64,000 nt of DNA from assembly GCA_950097015.1 (NCBI GenBank), contig CATNEN010000007.1, positions 2,976,001-3,040,000 on the forward strand, read 5' to 3'. This document shows positions 47,296 through 59,955 of the stretch, one piece after another. The DNA comes from Macrostomum hystrix. Its lineage: Eukaryota; Animalia; Platyhelminthes. The number at the start of each line of letters is the position of its first letter. Positions within the stretch are counted from its first letter, which is position 1. The notes below the pieces were generated by a model that was not told the DNA's origin, ran no database searches, and was given only the letters and a program-made list of their open reading frames with translations. The translations under genes were made by a program, and so were the position numbers.

Positions 47296-49377
47296 TTTCT
47301 AAGTGGCACAACTGAAATATGGGCATAGATAATAATGAATAATGATTGATTACATCTGCCCCATTCGGACCAGATGTGTAGCCAACAGCACAGATGCTGC
47401 ATGTTAGGCTGTGCATCTGAAGGCCGCATATGGCTGTTCAGCCCATAGACTGAGCTATCATTTACACAAGTGTTTAATAGGTACCAGGAAAAGCCAAACA
47501 TTTTTTTCTTGCAGAAAATACTTGTAGACATATATAGATTGGCTTGATTCAGAAAGTGAAGTCTAAAAATATATTTATGGTGTTTAAACATATAAATTAA
47601 AAAATCAATAAGTTTGTCAATAATTGTATTTTAATATTGTTGTTCACTTTTTTATCCTAAAAGTATATTTACAGCAATAAAAATTCATGGACATAAATGA
47701 CATTTAGTGTAAGTGAAAGATTGTTAGGTAGTAAATATTTTGGCTCATCTATTTTTATTTGGAGATGTTTTAGGATACATACTACTGTCCTAAATGTCAT
47801 CAGATAGCTTATTGCATGTTTATCATCAAGGGTTAGAAACTAATTTAATTTTTGTTGATTGTCTGATTGGCAAAATTATTTACTTCTTTATGCCATTTTA
47901 TTATTATGCAATCAAATATAAACTCAATTTGATACTAATTCAGCAAATCAAATTTCACATTTACTAGAAATTTTTCATAGCCCAGTCTTACAACAAACAC
48001 ATACATAATGTGCACATATTGCTACACATTGTATATACATAAATATTTAAATATTTTAGACCAAAAAGACATATTTTTTTCAATTTGTGCAATAGCCTTA
48101 TGACTATGTTTTAAATATTGTTTCTTATATCACTTGAACCTTGGACAAGTGGCTTACTTACACTTAAGCCTGACAATTTTCCAATTTAGCTTAATCTATT
48201 AGACCATATATTTACCAAAGTCTAGATACTGCTATTTCTAAACTGTGTTTTTAAAAACAGTAAAAAGAACAAAAAAATTCAAAATGAAAGTATTCAAATA
48301 AATTAAATAAGTAATGTAAAAGAAAATTGCTTATTTTTTTTTTATACATTTAGACATACTACATTTTGCATTCTTGTATTTTACTTTGTACTACTATAGT
48401 TTGTACCCTAAATTTTGAAACACAACACATCATGATTGTAAATTATGTGAAGGCCATAGTTACCTTTACGCCATAAATACATTAAGTCAGCTTATATAGG
48501 GCCAATTTTAAACATATTCCAAAATTTATATTCAAAATTTCTAATTTAAACAATGCATTCTTAAATAAATATACAAAAAAATAACAATAACTTTTGGCAA
48601 TATTCTAGTTTTCCATGTTAATTCAAATTGATTTTAGAATGATTGTTTTAAGAACTTCTTTAGTCATTTAGATAGTAAAATATATAAACAATGGCAAATA
48701 ACCAACAAGCCATATAATATATCTATATATATAAAAGTGAAAACTCTGTCTGTCTGTCTGTGTGTGTGTGTGTGTGTGTGTGCAACCTTTTGTCTTTATA
48801 GACGCCGAAACCGCTCAACCAAATCGCACCAAACTTTGCACATACCTAAAACCACCTACGCTGAGTGCAATAGGCTACTCAAATTCCCGAAAAATCATTT
48901 CCTTCCTGCTCAAAAGTGCAAAAAACTGCTCAAAAATCGTCAAAAAATCACTCAATTCGACATATCGTCGCCCCACTTTGTCAGATTTTCTCCAAATTTG
49001 ATCCACTTACACTTTACATGTTTTCCAACAATGCTGTCAATTTTGAACATCTCTACTCAATCCAGAGCAAAGCTGCATCATCTCAAAGTGAGTCACTTTT
49101 TGTTTTCCGAGGACAGCCACCCCAACTCCCCTCCGCCACTCTGCGGGCCAAATTTTATTACAGCCACCCCCTCCCTTCCCCGGGCGCCGAAGCCCCAGAC
49201 TGTACATTGTATTTCAAGCCGTGAATGTACACAGCCCAAACCCCTAGACTGTCTACTGGCCCCCAAGCAGCACTGAGACTGAGTGCGGTGAGTGCGGTGG
49301 CGTCCCAGTGCGCAGGGCTCTCCGGTCGATATTTCTCTCCAGCCAGCCTGGGATAGAAGAAAGAGAGAGGCTGGCGA

Positions 49378-50341
49378 TCAACTGATGGGTGGTGTCACTC
49401 TGCTGCTGTCTGGAGACTTTAGACAGACGCTGCCTGTGATTCCGCGTGGCACTCCTGCTGATGAGATTAATGCTTGCCTAAAATCATCTCACCTGTGGCC
49501 ATCGGTTGTGAAGTTGCACCTACGAACAAACATGAGAGCTACAATTCAAGGAGACGAAACAGCTCATGAGTTCTCTGCCAATCTATTGCGAATCGGCAAT
49601 GGTCTGCTGGAGATTAGCACCGAGGATGGGCAGTCATCGATCGCTACAATCGGAACCATTGTGCAGTCAGTGCAGGAGCTCAAGGCAAAAGTTTACCCGA
49701 ACCTGATGGTTCGATATGCTGACGTTGACTGGCTGTCAGAGAGGGCAATTCTGTGTCCTAGAAATGATGCCGCCAACGAAATTAACTACCAACTGCTTCA
49801 GGAGTTGCCAGGTGCAGTTTTCACCTACAAGTCAATTGATACAACGTTGACTGATGACACCGCTGTGGAGTATCCTGTTGAGTTTCTGAACTCTCTAGAT
49901 CCTCCTGGAACTCCATCGCACAACTTGCAGCTGAAAGTTGGGGCACCAATTATGCTCCTCCGCAACCTGAATGTGCCAAGGCTGTGTAACGGCACCAGAC
50001 TGATAGTCAGGCGGCTCTTCCCACACGTGATTGAGGCCACGATAATGACTGGATCTGGCAGAGGAGAGTCTGTGTTCGTTCCCCGGATTCCAATTATCCC
50101 CACGGACCTGCCATTTCAGTTCAAGCGACTGCAGTTCCCTGTGAGAGTGTGCTTTGCAATGACTATTAACAAGGCTCAGGGACAGTCGCTGAAGGTGGCT
50201 GGCATCAACCTGGAGACTCCTTGCTTCTCGCATGGGCAGCTTTATGTCGCCTGCTCCCGTGTTGGAACTCCAGCTGGCCTATTCATTTTCGCACCAAGGG
50301 GAAGAACGAAGAATGTGGTGTATCCCCAGGCCTTGAGGTGA
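49378..50341 (+). pseudogene. C-terminal ~320 aa of Helitron RepHel PIF1 helicase (Rep domain, Walker A/B missing)
   Basis: LLSGDFRQTLPV, LRTNMRA, GAPIMLLRNL..LCNGTRL, FAMTINKAQGQSL, HGQLYVACSRV; no upstream helicase motifs. Confidence 0.9.
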
Positions 50342-50493
50342 CTCGCAAGCAATTAATAGAAAAGTAGTCACGAATTGACCTTGACCTGTCTAACTCTGAA
50401 CTCTGAAACAGTTTAATTTTGTTTCTTTGACATTGTTATTGTTATGCCATGGCTATTTTCCTTATGCATACGCGTGTACATGCATACTGTATA

Positions 50494-50766
50494 CAGAGGC
50501 AGATTTAGGGGGGGGCGGAGGGGCAGTCGCCCCCCTAAATTTTAATCATGGGAATAAGATGCCCCCACCAGGGGCGCCAGTCGCAGCACTGGCGCCCCTT
50601 TTCGGCCGCTGGCGCCCCTTTTTCAGCCACTGGCTCCCGTTTTTCAGCCGCTGGCGCCCTTTCTTGGCTCCTGGCGCCCTTTTTCGGCCGCTGGCACCCC
50701 CTCTGTGATTCTCATGGCGCTCCCCTGACAGACCGCCCCAAAACAAAATTCCTGGATCTGCCACTG
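50494..50766. mobile_element. hAT-type MITE nested in the Helitron 3' region
   Basis: Imperfect TIRs CAGAGGCAGATTTAGG / CCTGGATCTGCCACTG; 8-bp TSD ACTGTATA at 50486-50493 and 50767-50774. Confidence 0.85.
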
Positions 50767-51276
50767 ACTGTATAGAGGAGTGGCTAAGAGACATGTTTCT
50801 AAAGAAGTAATCAAGAGGGGGTTGTTTGGACAAACTTTTCACTTATTTTTTACTTAAAACGCCCTTAAACAAACTCTTCACTTTTCATTAATGCAGTAAA
50901 TAAATAAATGGTGACCTTCACTATAAAGTTAATACAGAGACGTGAATTGCTTACTGCTTTGCTTTAAATTTCTGCCCCAAAAACAACGGGCAAAAAAAGC
51001 TAGTATATAAATAAACAATAACATATTAGTATGACAACCTGAAAATAATGTTGCCAAAAGTAACAAGGCAAGGCAAGCTATTGGAGTATTTGAGTAATCA
51101 AATAAGTTTTCAGCTACAATAGACACTAAACCATGGCTATCCTGAAGTGGCCTAGACAGTACACACTATGGCAATTTTCAAATCCTGGGATTGCAGCAAA
51201 GCAAGGTGACTACAGTTTTGATAACAGTTTGATGAATTTCTATTTTGCTATTCATCTCTTCTAGTTACATGCTTTA

Positions 51277-51698
51277 GGATCCTAGACACTGTCATCTTAC
51301 AACTTTGTCATCCACTTGGAAGGTTGGACACTTTGTCATCCAGCCAATTGGCATGCTTTAGAGTTTGGTCAGTTTGTCATCTACTAAAAACAAGCAATCA
51401 AGTTTGTCATCAATAAAGTGAGGGTGGGGTGGTGGGGCAGAGGTGTGAACACACTTCACACTCTAAATTGTCAAAAAGAGGTGTCAAAACTGATTTCATT
51501 TTAAGAGTTGAAAGATAGGTACTAACACGATGTGAGGAGGGGTGGGAAGGGGTGGTTCTGTTCTAACTTTGAAAACTTTTGTTTTATAGATGACGAAGTG
51601 TCCACAAGTCTAAGTCTCTTCGTCATCCACCCTCTGAGATATTGGACAGATCGTCATCTGGATGATGAAGTTGTAAGATGACGAAGTGTCCAGGTACC
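51277..51698. mobile_element. Mutator-type MITE
   Basis: TIRs GGATCCTAGACACTGTCATCTTACAACTT / AAGTTGTAAGATGACGAAGTGTCCAGGTACC; subterminal TTTGTCATC/GATGACGAA motifs; 9-bp TSD ACATGCTTT at 51267-51275 and 51699-51707. Confidence 0.75.
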
Positions 51699-54600
51699 AC
51701 ATGCTTTGTATCCATGCTTGGGATTACACTGGCTGCTATATGTTGCATGTTACTGTGATGACCTAGCAAATAGCATGCTATACATCTTGACAACAAGCAA
51801 AATTATGCTGGACAGCATCTACAAAAATACCACTTATTCTAATTGGGGATTATAGAGCCTTTTCTCTATGAATGGTTTTGGCCATTAGAATTAGCCACAC
51901 AATACTGCCTCATTATTTAAAAACTCCCACAAGTTAAAGCATTTACTCCTGATAGTGATAACTAAGAAATTCAGTATCTTTTGCAAAATATAAATTAAAT
52001 GTGAGAAACAAGAATATTGCTTAGTTTCTCTCCAATGAAGGGTTGGTAGTCAGTTTTGTAAAATGGCATTTGCATTTGCATTAGGGTCATTTAATTCCTT
52101 TAGCATTTACTAAAAGCTGCTAATGGAATTTAGGAAGTGTAAGTTTTATTATGTCGAACCTCTTGCAGTGTAGGATACTGGATACGCCTAGGCCTAGCTA
52201 TTTATTAGTATTAGCCATAGTCTAGAAGACTTAAGGATTTTTGGTTAACAGCAGGGCCTAAAAGTTAGCATACCATTAGTTAGATAATAGAAAACTTAAT
52301 TTCTAGCTAGTTGATAAAAATTTCTCTTTGTCAGGTATGTCTAGCCTAGCCTACGTAACCATTTTAAAACACTCCTAAATTGAAAATCGCTTCTTAAATG
52401 TTGTAGTCAAGTCAGTCAGAGAGTTAGACAAAGACTGTCAATATATCTGACTAGGAATGAACACCTTCAACTTTTCCAAAGCATACGCATTCACACCGTG
52501 TAATTTCTTTATTAAACGTAACCACGTCCATGATCTACTACAAAATGTGTTTATTTTTGAGCCCTATATTCTCCACCACTGTATCTGTGACCAGCTCTGC
52601 GCAATTTTATTTTTAAATTTGAATAAAACGGTTAGTTTAATTTTTTAGAAATTAAAGGACATAAACAAAGTATTATTTTTAGTAGCTAAGCTGTGGAAAT
52701 TCACTATATTTCAGAGACGAAAAAAGTTTAAAATTATTATTATTATAAAACTAGTTAAGTTATTCAATTTTATATAATGCAACTGTTGCAACTGTTGCAA
52801 ATGAAAGTTTGGCTGTTTAATCTGACAAACCAGCTGCAGATTGACATTATTCTGATTTATGCGTGATGTCCTCATGCATTTTTCATGGTTTATACATGCT
52901 GAGGCAGCAACCCGAACTAGAACCAAGCCTTAGAACTCGCGCTAATGGGTGGGCGAAAGCTCATTTAAAGTGGTACTTAAATTATTTTTCATTGAAAATA
53001 TAATGTAACAATAACAGACTATAATAATTAGTGTGCAAACAAAATTTATAGGCTGAAGAATGCGCAATGTCACCATAGTTTCGTGTAAAAGGAAGTCATT
53101 GCAGTTGCAACGACTTAAATTATCGTTTATAAAAATATTGATACAATTAATAACGACCGTATAACATGTATCTGCACGCACCTACTGTTTAGATGGCGTA
53201 CGACAAACGTAATGCGAATAAGTTGCGAAGAGAAGCTAGGGCATCAAATACAAAAATTTTCTGATCATATAAATGGAAATTCTGGACAGAATATCGTGTG
53301 TTGGTTTGTCACACCCGCACTGCCTGACGAACAAGCTGCCTGACATAAGTTTCTTGCGCGAATGTTTGAATTTAAATCGGTGGACGTCTACCGGCGGCAC
53401 GAGTAGCCTGTGCTTTAGGAGTGGAATCCCCCGTGGATTGGCGGGGAGGTGGGCGGGCAGGCCTGGAATTGAATTCCTAGAATTTCGCATGCTTGACCGA
53501 AGGCGCCAGCGAAGTCCCATGTAAATCTAGTATGTGCAGCAGTGGTGACGCGAACATATAGCTCGGCCGGTACTGCAGCAGAGCCGGGTTTATAGGCTCG
53601 ATCCATCAAAGAAAAACTTAAAGCGCTGGAAAATTTTCGCGCCTTACGGCAGCTGCCTTCTAGCCATCAAACCAAGAAGCAAACAGGCACAGCTCGACCC
53701 CCTGAGTTCCCTGACCAAGCGGGTTCGGACACTCGAGTGGCACGTGCAGTTGGCACTATTTGCACTGCGAGGGCTTATTCTAGCGGATAATTTTGTCAGA
53801 AGGCTTGAAAAATCCGATAGTCAGAGCTATGATTCTGAAACGCAACGCGCTATAACTGTGCCTGCTGAGAGCGCAAACATTCATATCCTGATCTCTTCTG
53901 ACGGATGACGACTCATGGAAGTTTGACTGTTTCATATGTCGCTTCGTGACAAAAAGTTTAAGAAGAAATATATCTTCTCCCACTTTAATTTAAGTTATAA
54001 TTACGCAAACTGTTTCACGCACCCAAGCTAAAAATCATCAGAAGCATTATAGATAACGTCACAGGTTATAATTATATTATTGTTGGCGCTATTTGATTTG
54101 TAGACATTTTATATACCCAGGACCTGTACACTAGTGCATGCGAATTATCTGTTAAAAATCGTCGCTTTAAGGTTAAGCAATCGAAAAAAATGAGATGGAC
54201 GAGAAAATGGGGGCAAGAAGACTGCAAGAAAGCGGGGGCTATTGCTGGTTGATTGCTGGGATAGATACACACTCAACAGCCCAATATAGCCTACCTAGCT
54301 GTTCCTGTCAATTAGTAAATACCCCGATATAGACACAGCTGCAGCACTGGGCAATGAGGCAGGCCTTATAACAGAAACAGAGAACAGGCACAATGCGCTT
54401 TCGGATTCACTTCGGTTCGAGGCACATCTATAAGTTGCTGCAGATCTTTGCAGGGCTACCGAGTGACTGACTGGTTTCAAACCGCCGATCGGTCCAGCAG
54501 CTTATGCTCTGCGCTTTTCCCACAGCGTCCAAAAATCCCCAATTCAAGTCGCTTGATTGGTCCGGCATTTAGCACTGGTCTAGCCTGTCTCCTCCCTTTC

Positions 54601-55161
54601 CCCGCTCTCTTTCGCCCTCCCTCTTTCTGGTTCGCTCTTTCTTAGCCCAAGCCAGGCACGTGAAAGCCCAGAAACATAAAGTAGCATTAAAAATTTGTGA
54701 GTGCCGAAGTTCAGCTTGTGCGTGTGAGTTTCTTGAGTGCGCGCTCTAGCTGGGTTGAACTCTCTCTCTTTCTGTTCCTCTCCCACTCCTCCTACCAAAA
54801 GGCCACAAAAAGGCTAAGCACCAGAAGCAGCTGAACGAACGATAGCCCAAAAGTCTGCAGGCCAATACCCTGAGTATCCATCAGAGCTGTAGTTATAGAG
54901 CCAGCTACACAGACAGGACAGTGTTGAGTGCAAAGAAGTCCGAGAGGCTTAGACAAATCTCTCGGGCTTCATAACAATTTCCCCTTCTCTAATTTTTTGG
55001 CTTCCTCCGAGGCCTCACTGAGATAATAAATCCACGGGCACGATATCCCTCAGATAAATAATATCTATTTTATGCTGATTCCGTCAAACCGAATCGCTAG
55101 AGCACTGTTTCACCTCCCGGCTTCGGAGAAGAGAGAAAGGAATTCATAGGAAAACGATCTA

Positions 55162-55291
55162 ATGGGCTGCGAGATGGCAAAGTTGAGACGGCTGGATATC
55201 GCCCTGGACAATGCGCTGGGTATCTACAATCCAGGCGACCTCATCTGCGGCCTCGTGTGCGTTGAAGTCAGCGAAAGCACGGAGGTTCACG
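55162..55291 (+). CDS. First coding exon of an alpha-arrestin (ARRDC/TXNIP-like); no further exons found in the window
   Basis: MGCEMAKLRRLDIALDNALGIYNPGDLICGLVCVEVSESTEVHG resembles the arrestin_N start; ends at phase-1 donor G|GTGAGC. Confidence 0.7.
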
Positions 55292-55817
55292 GTGAGCATC
55301 TTTACTGTACTGGGTAATAAACAAACGGGTTGCGTTGCCACGGAAACAGGCTTAAAAGAGTTTCTTCTGGTGCATTTTGATTGTCTTTCTGTCTCAAAGA
55401 ATTTTTTCGGTTCGCAGTGGTGAATATGAATTCTCCAGTTCACGGATACCAGGGAACATCAGAAGAACAATAGCCTCAGGTTTAAAGTGCAACAGGTTTT
55501 GAGAATTGTCCACGCCTGGATCGAACTTGATATTTCTAGCGTCGCACTTCGCAATATTAAAAGCCTCTAAAATCAGTAGAATCGGGTCTGATAAAGGCGA
55601 TACAAAGCCCGGAGCCAGCAGAACCGTTTGCTTTCCTTGTTACTGGCTAGCAGGCGCGGCCCGAGTAAAAGTAAAGGAGACTAGGAGTTAGCGACAGAAA
55701 AGTACCCGTAGATAAACATAGGAAGGGAAGAGGCATGGGAAGAGCGTAGAGAGGAGAGAAAATAGCTACAACTGCATCATAGACATTTCCCCGATCGGAC
55801 CACAACGAGGGGCGAAG

Positions 55818-55992
55818 CAGTGGCGTATCCAAGGGGGGATGTGGGGATACGTAGGCATTAGTCAATTTTTTTTCATTCGTTTTTTAGGTTGAATGAACTG
55901 CAGCATCAAAGTCAGGGTGCATGGCCAAAACAAAACTGAAACAAAAAATTTTACACCTTCCCCCCCGAAACAAAATCCTGGTTACGTGTCTG
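55818..55992. mobile_element. hAT-type MITE, similar TIRs to 50494-50766
   Basis: TIRs CAGTGGCGTATCCAAGG / CCTGGTTACGTGTCTG; 8-bp TSD GGGCGAAG at 55810-55817 and 55993-56000. Confidence 0.82.
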
Positions 55993-57963
55993 GGGCGAAG
56001 CATGAATTGTAAAGTGAAGTGCTATATGAGGGCGAGGGGAGTTGGTCTAACGCTGTGCCAGTTCTGGGAACGAGAGGTTGGCTATTTTGGAGCTTATCTA
56101 TCCCTTAGCATCGCTAGTAGGCTGCCACAGAGGTGGCCCTGGGCTGGCATGGTAGCCTTGCCTTCACAGAGAGCCTTGCATGCCTTTGGAACGATGAATG
56201 CGCAAGCTACAGCTATTTGTGTGTGCCTGCGTGTGATGCACTGCGCACAGCTGCTTTGCCCATTGCTGCGTATGGGACTTCACAGGGCCGGGTGTCGCCT
56301 GCAGTTTCTGCTCCCCATCGTGCGCTGCTCCCTGTCCAACGCGTTTGCTCGCTACTCGATTGCAAAGCGCAACACTCGCACGCACTGGCCAGCCCGTTGG
56401 ACGCCCCGTCTCTCCCTAATGGAAGATAAGCCATGGTAAGCCACAGTCCAGTGGGTGAATTTATGCCCCATCCCCGCCCAGAGCAGTCACTGGAGGGCTG
56501 CTGGTCGGTGGGTTTGGAGTAGGGGGACTCACTTCCGAAGTCACCCCTGGCCTGAAGGGAATGAGTAGAGTTTGAGATGAATTTATGTGCTGCATGGGTT
56601 CGCCTTGGCAAAGGACATAAAATACTCGAGCCGCGGCATCAGCTGAATGAGTACAGGAAAATTATACTCGCATTTTACGATGCTCGGTTATTTCATGACC
56701 TCGGCCAGACAGACACATGAAAGTGTTGACAAGATGCGAAATTTCACTATCTAATTAATGGCACTATGATCCTATAGCTAAAACCACACCAGATAGTCAA
56801 TGAGCATTTTCGCTGCATTGCTACAAATAACTCACTAAAAAAATTCTTTTGCCAATATTAGTAAACAGTATTATTTTTTTTTAATTAAAAAAAGTAATAA
56901 AATGCCTTAAATTATGAGCACAGAATGGCTAGGTAAATCCCGCGATATAAAAACAAGAATGAATGCTCGTGTAGAGACTCGATTGATTTGGCATCTAGTC
57001 TGAAAAGATGCTCCTTCAGTTTATCGAGGCATCGACTAGAATTGGTCTCTAGTTGTGGTAGAGGCTCTCGAGCTAAAATACACCGCTGTTGCAGCCCAGC
57101 TGATCATCTGAGGGGGTGGCCTCGGAAAATTTGATTAACTTTAGAATCCTATTACACCAAAATTGCACCATTATGTACGAGCATATCGTTGCCTCAATAA
57201 CCTAAAGGTAAAGCATTTGATTAAAAATACACGCAACAAGGCCATGAGGAACAAAAAGGCATTAGTAGAAAATTGTTGATATACAAAATAATATAAGCGA
57301 GTAGTGACCAAAGTGTAGCATAATTTTGAATCAATCGGTGCAGTTGAGAACTGGAGTGCTTGAAGCTTTGGCATTGGAAAAAAAACAGAAATGAGTTTTT
57401 ACATAATTTACAGCGATCTCGCTAATTAAAATACAGACGACTAAAGATGACACTCATAATCTGTTTTACTGTTCTTACAATTGCGCATGAAAGAAAATTG
57501 CAACTTTTGGTCAAGGCCAAATAAAGTACTAAAGTACCTTAGTCGTCCTTGAGGCTAATGCATACAGTATTGATTAGGCGCATGAAAGAGTTGGGAACGA
57601 CGTGAGGATTATTATTAGTCATATTGAGAGCCCCTTAAAAGTTAAGTTTTTTAATTAACAGTGGTAAAACAAATTTGGCAGAGATAAAATATTCCCCAGA
57701 AGCGCAACATAGAAAGACAATTCGTTGTGGCATGAAGCAGCGCACACATAGATGAATCGAATGATTTCAGCTTGCTCCGACCATTGCTTTCCAATCGGAA
57801 AGAGCCGAAGAAGCTTAAGAAGGCAGTAAGTACAACGGGGCTTCGAGCTCTTGTCGCGAAAGGCGCGAAAGGATATGGTCATGCGAAGCTGGTGAGATCT
57901 CTAGGCCTTTACAGTCTTGTACTCGACGTAGACACTTAAGACAGCGCGCATTCAGACCTTATG

Positions 57964-59955
57964 TTAATCGTTACTGCGTTCTACTTGCTTTACTAATGGA
58001 AGGAATTGGAACATCTTCAGTAGGCAAGCTGCCGAAACGTCATCGTGTTGAAGTCGTGGGGCACCAAGTTGTGGTGCTTCAGCATTGCAGCGCATGAGGA
58101 TGCTTCGGATCACTTCGTCTATCTTTGTGTGACGCTTGTCGTAGCGCTTCAGCATTTCTTTCAGCATCTCCCTAGCTTGCGAGATATCCTCAGTAGCTAA
58201 AGCGACAGCGTGAAGCTCTTCGAAGTCAGCGCTGCGTAGATCTTGGAGCACATCCTTCACTAAGTCGTCTGCAGTAGCTCGAACTTCATCAGCATCCGCG
58301 CAGAAATTCAGCCGCAGGAGATGCAAAAGGAGGGAGAAATTCAGATAGACTCGGCGCTCATGGAACGGTAGTGAGCAAGGAAAGCAGTCTCGACAGACAA
58401 TGCTTTCAGATGACGAGTCGCCTTCGCGAGCGAACCGAATGCTACCAACTGCGTCGTGGCTCATGCGACAGCTTATTCTCCAGAGAGTATCTTGGCTCTT
58501 CAGCTGGCTTCTGATGGCCTCTTTTATTTTAGTTTTTGTTAATCCTGCTGGAACCTTCAGACCACGATAAACTGAAACTGTCCGACTGTCAGACAATAAT
58601 TTCATGGCTTCTTCATCTTTATTCTCTCTCAGGTACGCCAGTACCCTCAGGCATATTTTAGCCGTGTTGGCAAAGCTTGGAATCTTGTCTATGTCATCGT
58701 AATCGCTCTCTGTTAGGGGTCTGTGAAGATTCATGATGTGCCTCAAATTCCGCTTGATAGCAATGTATGCATTGTGATATTCGTCAGCCGACTCCTTATC
58801 ACTAATCAGTGAGAATCCGAAGGGAAATAGTGCGAAAGGATGCAAAGTAAGATAGTCACTTCGCTCTAGTGGCTTCAGCTGGTCTCGAAATTCGCACAAA
58901 TGTCGATTAATATTTTTTATTACGCAAACAATGTGCTCTACTATCATTGATTTAGGAGACTGTTCCTTTTTAAAATACAGGACTGTATCACTGAGGAAGA
59001 AGTGCGGCATGCAGGAAGTATCATCGCCTGAGCTGTCAATAAAGCTAATCAGCATGTCGAGCGCTCTGATCAGCAGCCGAGGAAAATTATCTTGCAACCA
59101 GTCTTGGCTTGGAGTTTCCCTCAGCATGAAGAGAAGCAGTGACTTGGCGTGGTACGATTTGAGACCCAAGCTTTGATGCTCCTGGTTGCTGACCCCCAGC
59201 ACTTTCTTGACGATGAATTTGAGAATTATGTAGAACTGACCCTGCTCGATGGACAGTAAGCGTAGACAGATTCTCTCCAGAATGGAAGTGCTCACCCTGA
59301 GTTCCGTTCCCTCTCTGCTTGGTGTTCCTGCTCTAATTAGATGGCAGGTGCTCCACTTCTTGCCTGGCGATCGGGCTGCGATTCGAAGCTTTTCGGCGAT
59401 TCTCTTCGGAAAATATCTACAAGCTTCGTCGCTTTCGTCAACGATACTCAGTTTAGGATAGGCACAAGTGGCAAAGGCATACACAATGTCCATGCTGGGG
59501 GTCACTGGCGAGGCTTCGGTCGTCATTGCAGGCTGAGAAACTGAAAGGTTATTAAATATTTATTAATATAAGCCAGTGCGCCTCGAGAATGTTTACTTGT
59601 AGACTTACCAACGGACAAGTCTGTTACTTTTATGTGTCCCTTCTCGTAGTCAACCTTGTCTCTTTCAAGCACATCCGAGCATCTACAAAAATTATTTATG
59701 TGATATTTTCGTCCGGGCATAATTTCGGTGAAGTCGATGTCTGACTCCTGGCTGACGGATCCATCGGCTGAGCGCAGATTACAGCCCCAGCCGTCACCGA
59801 AGCTGCCCAAGATAAAGACAGTCTCTCTGTTAAAAAAGTTCCTATAAATCTCTTGGACAATGTCAGCAGCTGCTGTTTGCACTCGCGACCTTTCTCTCGT
59901 GAATCCAGCGGCAGTCATTCTTGTGCAGATCTCTTTCATGTCTGGCTTAGTTGAG
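57964..59955 (-). CDS. cGAS-like receptor / Mab-21 nucleotidyltransferase module (exons 59955-59609 or ATG 59939-59609, and 59540-57964)
   Basis: FILGSFGDG..SDIDF, MDIVYA, LRVSTSILE, ILKFIVKK, LKSYHAKSLLL, MPHFFL; 68-bp phase-1 intron G|GTAAGT..TTTCAG|TT joins the two track ORFs; ~300-aa extra C-terminal region. Confidence 0.88.

Larger units (their letters stand above)
48722..51003 (+). mobile_element. Non-autonomous, internally deleted Helitron
   Basis: 5' A|TCTATATATATAAAA then (TCTG)n(TG)n; 3' GCCC-loop-GGGC hairpin then CTAG|T at 51000-51004; carries a PIF1 helicase fragment. Confidence 0.88.

Noticed and set aside
48737-49276. 179-aa and 102-aa ORFs in the Helitron 5' region
   Set aside because: Span microsatellite/UTR-like sequence; no Rep motifs
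55921-56611. 172-aa and 132-aa ORFs near the arrestin exon
   Set aside because: Begin inside a MITE or lack recognisable motifs; not arrestin-like
57964-59526. Treating the 520-aa ORF as a stand-alone gene
   Set aside because: It lacks the GS/DxD motifs, which are in the upstream exon joined by a phase-matched 68-bp intron
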